Both the position numbers and the translations under genes were made by a program. The notes beneath the pieces are model-generated. The model was not told the origin of the DNA, searched no databases, and saw only the letters and a program-made list of their open reading frames with translations. From Victivallales bacterium (GTDB lineage: Bacteria > Verrucomicrobiota > Lentisphaeria > Victivallales > GWF2-38-69): 64,000 nt of DNA. Where the stretch lies: assembly GCA_021733985.1 (NCBI GenBank), contig JAIPJT010000001.1:28981-92980 (forward strand), read 5' to 3'. Within the stretch, counting starts at the first letter, position 1, and each line of letters opens with the position of its first letter. Below are positions 9,205 through 21,200 of the stretch, in pieces.

Positions 9205-12200
9205 TCATTCAAAAAAACATGTTATATGTTCATATAATAAATCTGACTTATGCAGAATGTTTCCGTGATTACAGTCCATTTCAATTTTAGAAAAGCTCCG
9301 GCAGCCTTTGTCTATATTATTATTGGGATACTTAGACGTATAATTTACTCCGGAAAGTTTTGTCAAAACAGGGTCTGACTGAGTTGCTTTTAAAAGCTTC
9401 ACTTCTGTATAGTTTAACTGCCTTGAAATATTCTGTTCTGAAAGTTTTTTTGTAGTTTCTACATTGTTAAGATTTTTTTGAATATAATCATTTTCATAAC
9501 CCGCGTCCAATAAATATTCCTCTATATATTGCGGAAGAATATTTTCAGTTTTATTATTTCCTTCACTATCCGGCAAGCCGGAATCTATTAAAAGGAGTTT
9601 GATATTTTCTGTACCCTTTTGCTCCAGAATTGAAGCAATTTCCATAGCAATCTGTCCTCCCAGGGACCACCCCCCGATTTTATATACGGAAGAATTATGT
9701 TTTTTATGTATCAGATTCAGGTAATACTCCGCGAGTTCGGTAATATTTTCAATTTTTCTGTCATTATTGAGGTTATAATTGTCAATGCCGTAAACATTGT
9801 ATTGGCTGTTCAGGCACAGGGCAAGCTCTTTATAAACTTCACAACCGCCGATCCCGGAATGGATAAAATAGATATTTTCATGCCCTTCTTTATAGTTGTT
9901 AAGAAGCATTAATTCGCCTGATTTATTTTCAGCTTTTATACATTTAACTAATTCTGAAATATTTCTGCTGTTAAAGAACTCTGAAATTTTAATATTAGTA
10001 TTAAGGATAGAGTTAATTTCGTTAGCAAGTTGTATTGCAAGGATAGAATTTCCGCCTATCCTGAAAAAGTCATCCTTTATACCAATCTTATCTATACCAA
10101 GAACTTTTTGCCATATTTCACAAACCTGTTTTTCAAGTTCTGTTTCCGGCGCGGTATAACTACTATCCATATCCCTGAACCGCGGTTCCGGAAGAGCATT
10201 TTTATCTATTTTGCCCGAGGTGTTCAATGGGAAAGGATCCATATGAACATAGGATGAAGGAATCATATAATCGGGTAGCAGCCCGGATAAGTAATTGTTT
10301 AATTCAAAGGAGCTTATATTTTGTTTTTTTAAATTTTCAGAGGGTGTATTCGAGAACTCAGAGTCAACTGAAGAATTCAGATTTTCTCTGAAGAGATTTT
10401 TTTTCAAAGATTTCAGAGTGAAGCCTTCTCTGTAAAAGAACAGATCATATCCGGCTTTATGTTGACTGGAAAAACTTGTATAAAGTTTATATCCTTTATC
10501 TGCGGCAAGGTTATAAATTTCTTCGAGGTTATATAAATTATCACCTTCTTTCTGAAGTTCTGAATAACTGTTTACAGGGTTTTCATTGCCCTGATCCTGA
10601 TTGATCGCGTTATTTAATTTATAGTAATTCCAAATTCTTTTGTTTGGGTAATTCCTAATTGCAACATATTCTCTGTCATTATTCAAAACTTCTGGAAGTT
10701 TCATCTCTTCTGTAAACTGCTTCCATTTAATAGAAGATGATATACCGGTATTTACACTCCTCCCGACATGTAGAATTATATCGTACCTGAATAGATTCAT
10801 TTCATGCCGGCTTTTTCCTCTTTTCGGGAGCAACTCAACACAATTAACATGAGGTTTATCTTTAGCAAAATCTATAAAAAATTCCGGGGATATCAGCAGT
10901 TCCTTTTCTCTTTTTATCTTTTTTTCTACCCTTTTTTTCAGCTCTCCAGTCGTAGTAATCCGTTTATCGGATAATAGTTTATTGATTTCAACTGAAACAT
11001 GAAACTCCTCTATTAATCTAAAATCCCTTATATCACCAATATATATTTTTCCATTATCAATCTTATCAGTAAGCTTCAGCAGCAGCTCTTTTAAATAATT
11101 TAAACTAGGGAAGTACTGAACAACAGAATTTATAATAACTGTATCAAAATAGTTTAACTCCGGCAGACCGTCTATTTGACCAATCTCGTCCGCTTTTGCG
11201 GTTTCTAAGTTTATATTTTTAATATTTGTAATTTGTATTTTACTTTTTAATAGGTTTATAACGGACGAAGAAAAGTCAATTCCGTAGTACTGCCTGCATT
11301 CTTTCTGCAGAGGATATAAAAGGAGGCCTGTACCGCAGCCTATTTCAAAAATATTTTCGGGTTTTAAGGAAAATATCCTGTCTAAGGTTGAATTCTGCCA
11401 TTCCTTCATTTGATTTACGGGAATAGGTTTCCCGGTATAGGAACTGTTCCAGCCTATGAAGTTGGAATCTGCCTCGCCGCTGAAACTTTTCTGATATTCA
11501 ATTTCATACATATCAGACCAGGTTTCAACAAAATTCTCTTCCAGGCTCTCTGTTTCATTTTCGGTAGATTTATTGCCGGTGCTATAATAGGCAGCAAGGT
11601 ATTTGTTACCGTTGAATTGTTTACATAATACAACACACTGACTTATATCATCATAAGCTAAAAGCTTATTTTCTATTTCGCCAAGTTCTATACGAAAACC
11701 GCGGATTTTTACCTGATTATCATTTCTGCCAATAAATTCGATATTCCCGTCTGACAGCCATCTGCATATATCACCGGTTTTATAAATACGCAAATTTCGA
11801 TTCTCCCTGACCTCATTATCAGTTGCAAACGGATTCTCTATAAAACGTTCAGATGTCAGCTCATGCGGGTTTAAATAACCACTTGCGACTCCGTCCCCTC
11901 CTATATATAATTCTCCCGGTATTCCAATACCAACCGGGCACAGTTTCTCATCAAGAATATATACTGTCTTCCCTGAAAGAGGTTTTCCTATAGGAGCACA
12001 ATTCAGTGTTTTTTCTAAGGTTAAATCGCAGTAGGTTGCGAATGTTGTGGTTTCAGTCGGGCCGTAGACATGGACTATTCTTGTATTATAATTTTTAGAT
12101 AATACCTCCCGAACTAATTTCAGGTCGCAGGCTTCACCGCCGAAAAAAAGTTCATCAGGCAGGTAAATTGCCTCAGAATTCAGTTTAGCAAGTTGACAAA

Positions 12201-15200
12201 ACAGTGTGGTTGTCATGAAAACTTTGCTGATTTGCTTATTTTTAATTTCTTCTTTCAATTTCTTTTCATTTAACACTGTATCTTTTGTAAGCACTGCGCA
12301 TGCGGCACCGTTTGCAAGTGCAGCCCAAATTTCGAATGTCGCAGCATCAAATGATATACTTGCAAGGCATCCTATAGTATCAGATGGTTTGATTTCAGTA
12401 TAATTTGTGTTTCTGACAAGATTTACTATAGAACGATGTTCAACCATTACACCTTTGGGCTTCCCTGTAGAGCCGGAAGTATATATTACATAGGCTATAT
12501 CCCGTGGATTATTAAATCGTTCTAGACGTGAAATCGGTGTGCTATTTAACTCATGTTCCAATTCGTCTATGCAGATAATCTGTGTTCCCGGTTCAGTAAC
12601 AGATATTAAATTTTCACAATATTTCGATGATGTTAAAATCATTTTACATTTGCTGTCTTCCAGTTTATATTTCAGCCTGTCAGCAGGATCAGCATCATCA
12701 AAAGGCAAATATGCAGCGCCCGATTTTAATATCCCCAGAATTCCGGCTATCATCTCCAGTGAACGTTCTATATAAATGCCGATAAGAGGATTTTCCGGTA
12801 TTTTGTCTGCGTCACCGCCGGTAAACTTACTTTGTATTACATTTGCAATACTATTCGAACGTTTATTTAACTCTTTATAGTTCAGTTTTTTATCTTCAAA
12901 GATAACGGCGGTATTATCAGGGTATTTTAAAGCCTGTTCCTCAAACAATCTATGAATAGCCACATTTCGTGGATAATTTGTTTCAGTTTTATTCCATTCA
13001 TAAACAATTTTATCATATTCCGGTTTCGAAAATATATCGATATCTTCTACCTGTCTGTTTACATCCTTCAAGAGCCCTTTCAGTACATTTTTATAACGGG
13101 AAATTATTTGTTTTATGGTTTTGTTTTTATAAAGTGCAGTAGAGTAATTAAAAAATCCTTTGATAGTACTATTCCCGGGATTATCATTAATAAATAATAT
13201 TAAGTCAAAAATTGAAAAATGCATCTGCTGGGTTATATCCAGTTGTTTAAACAGTTTTAATTCAGTACCGAAACTCTGCGCGGCAAAACAGATATTAAAT
13301 AAACTGTGCTCGCTTTGTTTCCGCTGCAGATTCAGAGTTTCAACAACTTTCTGAAATGGAATATCGCTGTACTGAAGGTTTTCCATAGAGTCTGAAATAA
13401 CATTATCAATAAGTCCATTTACCGTAAGATTATCCTCTAAAATGAATCTTCGGGCAAACGTATTGACAAAAAGCCCAATCAAATCTTCTGTCTGAGGGTA
13501 GTGGCGATTAGCGTTTACAACCCCGACAGTTATATCATTTTGACGAGTATATTTATATAGTAGAATATAGAATCCTGTAAGTAAAATATTATACAGTGTC
13601 GTTCCTTTTTGTTTAGCAAGTTTAACCAATGCTTTTGAAGTAACACTGTCTATTTCTAATTTGCAGTTATCACCGGAATAATCAACTTTTTCTGGTCTGT
13701 TGAAATCCGTGGGAAAATTTAACGGTTTGAGGTCTTTTAATTTATCCTTCCAATATTCAAGCTGTTTTCTGTATAGATTCCCCGAAAGGAATTTCCTTTG
13801 CCAAACTGCAAAATCCTTATATTGAATTGGAAGTTCCGGCAAAATATCCTTTCTTTTTTCAGAACTGGCGGTATATAAGGTTTCAAGCTCTTTAAAAAGT
13901 ATATCAATAGACCAGCCATCTACGGCAATATGATGGAAGTCAAAAAAAGCATAACAGTTAACCTCTGTTTTATAAATAATAAGCCTTAACGGGTATTCCG
14001 TTTCCAGGTTAAAAACATATTTTATTGATTTTTCAACATGCTCTTTTACTTCTTCTAAGGTATTAAATTTGTATTCCTCAATTCCCAAAACTTCGTCCTG
14101 TACCGCCTGTAAATACAAGCCGTCCTCGTTTTGTATAAAAACGGTTCTTAGTGCTTCATGACGTTTAACAATTTTCTGAATAGCATTCTTAAAACCGGAA
14201 AGATTAATATCTGCACCCAGTTCAAGTATAATCGGAGTTTTGTAAGTTTTAGTTGCTCCGTATTTATACAGAAACCACAAGCGTTCCTGAGCAAATGATA
14301 ACGGGGCCTTTTTCAGGTCTGTCCTTGGAATGAATATTTTATCAGTAGATATTGAGCTGTTTGAAATAATCGAACTTATAGTACTGTATTTGAAAATTTC
14401 AGCCACATTTAAATTTATTTCGGTCTCTTTTGAAATTTTATTTGCAAGTTTAATAACGAGCATAGAGTTACCGCCCAACTTAAAAAAATCATCGGTTACG
14501 CCGACTTTTTCGACTTTCAGTACATCCTGCCATATCTTACATAATTTTCTTTCTAAGTCAGTAACAGGCTCTACATATTCAAGGCTGACTTCTTTTAGTT
14601 CAGGGGCCGGCAATGCTTTTTTATCCACCTTACCGGAATGAGTCAGCGGGAATTCTTCAACCAGTACAAATATTGAGGGTATCATATAGTCAGGCATTTT
14701 TTCCGCAAGAAAGGAACTAAGTTCATTTGAAGTTAATTTTTGTTTTTCAGATTTTTTTAGTGGGTCTGTTGAAATATCGGAAACTACTGGAACTTTACAG
14801 TTTTCAATGAATAGAGATTTTTTTGAAAAATCAAAAGATTTTTTATAGAAAACGAGGTCACAGCAGTATCTTTTTTCAAGAGAAAGACCCGCATACAGTT
14901 TATAGCCATTTTCTTCTGCCAGTCTGAATAGTTCCTCAATTGAGTAGAAGTTCTGCTTTTCTTTTTTATATTTAAAATATTCCTTTACTATATCTTCATG
15001 CTCGGGTTTTTCTTTTATCGATTCAACAATTTTATGATAATCATATATCCTTTTAACGGGATAATTTTTTACTGCTATATACCCGTCATTGTCTGAATTT
15101 AATACCTCTTTAACAGAAAAGCTGTTATTATATATTTTCCATTCAAGTTCAGTTTTAGTACTTTTATTATTTTCTTTTCCTATATGTATAATTATGTCAT

Positions 15201-18200
15201 ACCTGAAAATATTCATTTCAATGAGGCTTTTACCTCTTTTAGGCAGAAGTTCTACATAATTTATTCTTGAATCACGCTGTGCAAGCTGTATGAAAAATTC
15301 AGGTGATACAATTAACTCCTTAATTCTTTCAGTTAATTCATTCAGTTTATACTTAATTTTACCGACACTTAAATTTTCGTTATTTTCAACGGCTTTATAG
15401 AGTTCTATTGATGCAAAAAATTCATTTATTATCCTGTAATCGCGAATATCCCCTATAAAAATCGTTCCTTCTCCCTGTCTTTCTATTAATTTCAGGATAA
15501 GTTCTTCAAGATAGTCAAGGCTTGGAAAATACTGTATTACGGAATTAATAACAGACGTGTTCAGTGACTCAGAATCCGGTATCAGATTAAGAATTCCTAT
15601 ATCATCAGCCTTTCCAGTGCCCACAAATACGTTATCAATTTTTTCATTTTTAATATCTGTCAGCAGTTTATCAATCACTGAAGCTGAAGGGTCTATTCCG
15701 TAATATTTTTTGCAGAATTTCCGGAGGGGATATAAAAGAAGTCCGGAACCGCAGCCTATTTCAAATATATTTTCAGGCCTTAACTCCAGTATTCTTTCTA
15801 CAGTAGTATCGCGCCATTCTTCCATTTCTTCCAGCGGGATTGCCCTGTTCGTATAAGAACTGTTCCAGACAGAAAAATCATATCCGACCTGCCCGGTATA
15901 ATCTTCCTGGTAGGCCAGTTCATACATCTCAGTCCAGTCTCCTATAAATTCCTCTTCCTTTTCTGATGAAGAGGACTCATTTTCTCCAAGCATATTATAA
16001 TACGCTATAAGATATTTTTTCCCATCCTGTTCTTTACAAAGTACTACACTTTGCTTTATCTGTTCATGCGAGGAAAGCTTGCTTTCTATTTCACCTAACT
16101 CAATGCGCTGGCCGTTAAGTTTTATCTGATCATCGTTCCTGCCTAAAAAATCTATATTCCCGTCAGGCAGCATTCTTACGCTGTCACCGGTTTTATATAA
16201 AACTGCATTTTTATTTCCGTTTTTTTCTGCTCTTGTCTGAAAAGGGTTACTTATGAAATTTTCAGAAGTTTTCTTCTGATTATTAATATAGCCAAGCCCG
16301 ACACAGTCTCCCGTTACATAAAGTTCTCCCTGAACACCCTGCGGAACAGGTTTTAAATATTTATCGAGAATAAAGTGTTTTGTATTTTGTATAGGTTTAC
16401 CAATAGGAATATACGCTCCGTACTGTTCAGGTACAGATTCAAATTTATAGTGAGTTATATCATCGGAACACTCAGTTGGTCCGTAAACATTAGCCATAGC
16501 TATTTCCGGATAAAGTGAAAACCATCTCCGACAGTAGTCAAAAGGCAGCCCTTCTCCGTTCATTATGAACCATTTTAGATAACTTATGTCTGCTTTTTGT
16601 CCTTCTTCTTCAAGTTCTTCAAGAATTAAAACCATATGGGATGGAACGCTTTCAAATATACTTATTTTATTTTTTTTAATAGAGAGAAGAAGATTAGTTA
16701 CGTCCCAGGCATTATTGTCCGATAAAATCACTGTAGTGCCGCCATTAAGAAGGGCTGTCAGAAACTGCCAGACCGAAACATCAAATGTCTGGGCAGAAGT
16801 CTGCGCTACTCTGTCTGAAGTATTTATCCTGAAATCGTTAATTTTTGCAAAAATATGATTCAGCATTCCCTTATGTCGAACCATTGCGCCTTTCGGGGTT
16901 CCAGTCGAACCGGATGTAAAAATAATATAGGCAAGACTTTCCGGGTCATATTCAGCAACACCTGTAACTGAATAATCATATTTTTTCTGTGCATCCTCCG
17001 GTAAAATTATTTTTGCCGAGTTTTCAGCTAACTCCAGCGCGTCATTATAATATTTTTTTTCTGCTAAAATAAAATCATACTCAAACTGTCTTAATATTGA
17101 CCGGTTTTTCTCTTTAGGATGAAGGGGGTTCAAAGGTACAAAAGCATAGCCTTTTCTCCAGACAGCGAGCATAGAAGAGAGATAATATATGTTTCTATCT
17201 AAATAAAAAACGATTAAAGCATTATTTTTATCTGTTTGTTTAGTGTTTTTAATTAGAGTCGACATGGAAACAGTCAGCCTATGCAATTCTTTATAACTTA
17301 ATCTTTTATCTTCATATATTGCGGCAATATTATCAGGACTTTTTTCCACCTGCTCTTCAAAAAGCTGAAACACTGATTTTTCTTTAGGAAAATAAACTTC
17401 ATTGCAATTATAATCATATATCAGTTTTTTATATTCTTCGTTAGATAATAATGAAAGTTCGCTGTGAGCTTTATTTAAATTCTCCGGAATTGCTGTTAAT
17501 ATTCGCTGTAGATGGAGGATGAATTTTTCTGCTTTACTTTCATCTAAATATTCGCCCGCATATTTTAAGCTGATATATAATTTGTTTTGCAGATTATATG
17601 CTGTTATTCCTAATGGATAATCAAGTTTTTCTACGGCATCCCTGAACCTGAATGACAATCGGTCTGAAAAATTCTCTTCCGCCGGGTGGTTTGCAAAGAA
17701 AAAGAGACTGTGAAAAAGTCGTTTCCCACCGCTTTGAAGTTCTGCCAGAGATATTGAATTATAATTAGTAATTTCATAAATTCCAGAATGTATCTTTTTA
17801 AGCAATTCAACAACAGTACTGTTTTCTTCCCAGCTAATAATAAGCGGAAGAGTGTTTATGAATAGTCCAGCACTTTTTTCAATATCTTCCACGGGAATGT
17901 TTCTCGCAGAAACTGTAGTTCCAACTGCAGTCGTTTCATCGCTCGTATAAACCTGAATAAGTTTATGCCAAGCAAATTGTACAAATGTATTAAGAGTTAA
18001 GCCTTCAGATACTGCTATAGTTTTAAGTTTACTGTAATCTTTTCCTTCAATAATAACCGATGTATCCTTTGATTCTTTGACGGACTTTAAAGTATTCAGG
18101 TCAGTTTTTCTGCTCAGCATATTATTGAGGTCATTAGCTGAATCCAGTTCTCTGATTTTATTTTTCCAGAATTCATTGGCAATGTCACTGGAATTTATCC

Positions 18201-21200
18201 ATTGTTTCTGTGCCTGAATATAAGCAGTATCTCTTTCCTGAATTATGTCTATGCCTGCAGCTAGTTTAAAGTAAGTATCGTGAACATAATTAAAAATAAA
18301 AGGCGTACTCCATCCATCCAGAATTGAATGATGACTATTCATGATCAGAACAAAGTGATTATCTGCCTGTTTTATCAGAGAAAGCCGCATCAGTTCCGGT
18401 TTTTCCAGGTCAAATGGATATTTTCTATCGGAAACTTGTATCTCTTTAATTTTCTTATCAATATCTTCGTTCCCGTTAATATCATGAATTTTTAAGTTAA
18501 GTTCACTCTTTTTACAAATTATCTGTATAGGGTTTTCATCCCAGTTGAAACATAACCTTAACGCCGGATATTTTTTCAGTGCATACTCCCAGGACTTTTT
18601 ATAGAGATTAACGTTAAGATTAATATTATAATCGAAAAGAAGCTGTACCCTGTATGCTTCATCTTCCGGATTTGCCAGAACATAATATATAAAACCCTGC
18701 TGTAAGCTGTTTGCCGGTAAAATGTCTTCAATTTCAAGTCTGTTCTGTAGTTTATCAAGAAGTTCTGAACTGATATCTGCCGCACTGAAATCTGAAGCTG
18801 TAAACTCAGTGTTTTTTTTCTCTGAACAGTGTTTTATTACCTTTTCAAGGTGTTTATTAAAGCTGCCAAACAACTTTTCGGCTTCGTTTTCAGGAAGTTT
18901 TACTGCAACCTCAAAGCTCAGTTTTCCATTACTTACAAAGCCGTTTACGTCTATGATATTATTATTTTTATTCTTAATACTTATGTTTCTGCCTGCTGAC
19001 TGAGGAATTATCTGCCAGTCTTCAGTTTTTGTATTAAATTGACCTAAATAGTTAAAGCTTATTGGCGGTAAACTGTGTTTTGAAAGCTTTTCCGAGTTGC
19101 CAAAATACTTCAAAGCACCGTAGCCTATTCCTTTATTAGGAATACTTCTTAGTGTCTCCTTAATGTTTTTTATTGAATCTTTCAAGCTTTTTTGAAGCTC
19201 CAGTTTTAGCGGAAAGACTGAAGTAAACCAGCCGACAGTCTGTGAAAGGTCAATATCATCGAAAATTTCTTCTCTACCGTGCCCTTCAAGAGTTAAATAA
19301 TTCTGACTCTTCCCGCTCCATTCTTTTAGAGAATACGCAAAGGCCGTTAATAATAAATCATTCACTTCAGTATTATAGGCTTTATTGCTCAAATGCAGCA
19401 GGTTATAAGTATATTCTTCTGAAAGGCCTACTCTATTTATATGATTATTGCCTAAAGTAAATTTCGTATAAACAGGCTGACCTGATATTGTTTTTTCCCA
19501 GAATTCCGTTTCATTTTTATAACTTTCAGCATAACTTTTTACTGCTTTAACCCATTGACGATAACTCGAAGTTTTCCTTCCAGTATCTGTATTATTATAT
19601 ATATCTTTTATATTTTCTTTGATTATTCTCCACGATACTGAATCAATAATCAGATGATGTGCCGCGAAAAATATTCGAGCTGTTCTATCCTCAAAACCAT
19701 AAAGATATGCAATTGACCACATTGGCCCGGTTTTAATATTAAAAACTGACTGAAGATCTGTAAATTTTTTGTATAACTCTGCGTCAGAACAGTTATTTAC
19801 ATTGAGAATGACCACTTCAGGAACATAAGTACTTTTATTATATTTTTGTTTATGGCCATCGAAAGTAGCTCTTAGGATATCATTTCGTTGAGCAAGAATA
19901 TATGGAATATCCTTCAGTTTACTAAAATCCAACTCGGGAACTTTTATCAGAAATGACTGGTTCCAGTGGTTAGGCTCTGCAAAACTGTTTTCAAAAAATT
20001 GTTTCTGCACCGGCAGCAGATCAAATTCCCCTTCCAGAACTCCCTGTTCAGTAGTTGAATGCAGTATTTTGCTGTTCCTATCCTGCAATTCAGAAAGTTT
20101 ATTTATTGTTCTCCTCTCAAAAATATCTTTAATTCCGGCTTTAAAACCTATTTTCCGCATTTTTGATACAAGCTGAATGCTAAGTATGGAATCTCCGCCT
20201 ACCCTGAAAAAGTCATCCTCTATCCCAATTTTATCTATTCCCAATATTTCCTCCCAGATATCGCAAAGCTGTCGCTCTATATCTGTAGTCGGCGGGACAG
20301 AATTAACCGCATCATCCCTGAATCCGGGTTCCGGCAGTTCTTTCTTATCAACTTTGCCGGAAATATTTAGAGGAAATTTATCCATATAAACAAAAACAGA
20401 AGGCACCATATAGTCCGGAAGATGATCTCTCATATATACTTGCAGTTCTTCTTCCAAAGTTGAATGTTGAATGTTGAATGTTGAATTATTAACTGTATAG
20501 TAAGCAGCAAGATATTTATCGCCGGATTCACGCTCTTTACATAGTACCACAGACTGCTTGACTTTCTCATGTAAAGACAGTTTACTTTCTATCTCACCCA
20601 ATTCTACACGGAAATCTCTTATTTTGACCTGCTCATCTCTACGCCCCATGAATTCTATATTGCCGTCAGGTAAATAACGGCAGATGTCTCCCGTTTTATA
20701 TATACGCTGATTACAGACATTCTTTTTGTCCTTATTGGTGGCAACAAAAGGATTAGACATAAAACGTCCTGCTGTTTGCTCCGGACGGCTATAATAACCT
20801 CTTGCCAAACCGTCTCCTCCTATATACAATTCGCCAGGGACACCTACGGGTACAGGCTGTAAAGAAGGATTGAGCAGGTAAACGTGCGTATTGGATATGG
20901 GAGAACCGATAGTTAGCGAATCCTTCAGCTGCCCTCTCTTATATTTTGCAGAAGTAGTGCTAACCGTTGATTCAGTGGGGCCGTAATTATTAATAACAGT
21001 AACTCTCTTGTTCCATACTGCAGCTATGTCAATGTTACAAACATCACCGCCGACGACAACTCTTTTAAGTTTAAAGTCCAAATCCGGGTTTATTACAGGA
21101 AGAAACTGTGACGGAATATTCAGGTGTGTAATATTGTTATTCAGTAAATAAGTTTCAAGACCGTGAACATCATTTAATAATCTATCCGAAATAATAAAAA

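Noticed and set aside
9896-20389. Plus-strand ORFs inside the NRPS gene (e.g. 20177..20389, 14330..14641, 9896..10159, 12539..12775, 21536..21784)
   Set aside because: They are antisense shadows of conserved NRPS motifs. For example, ESPPTLKKSS, ELPPNLKKSS and EFPPILKKSS are the reverse-strand readings of FF(R/K)xGG(D/N)S in T1-T3. They recur because the modules are paralogous, not because they are genes.
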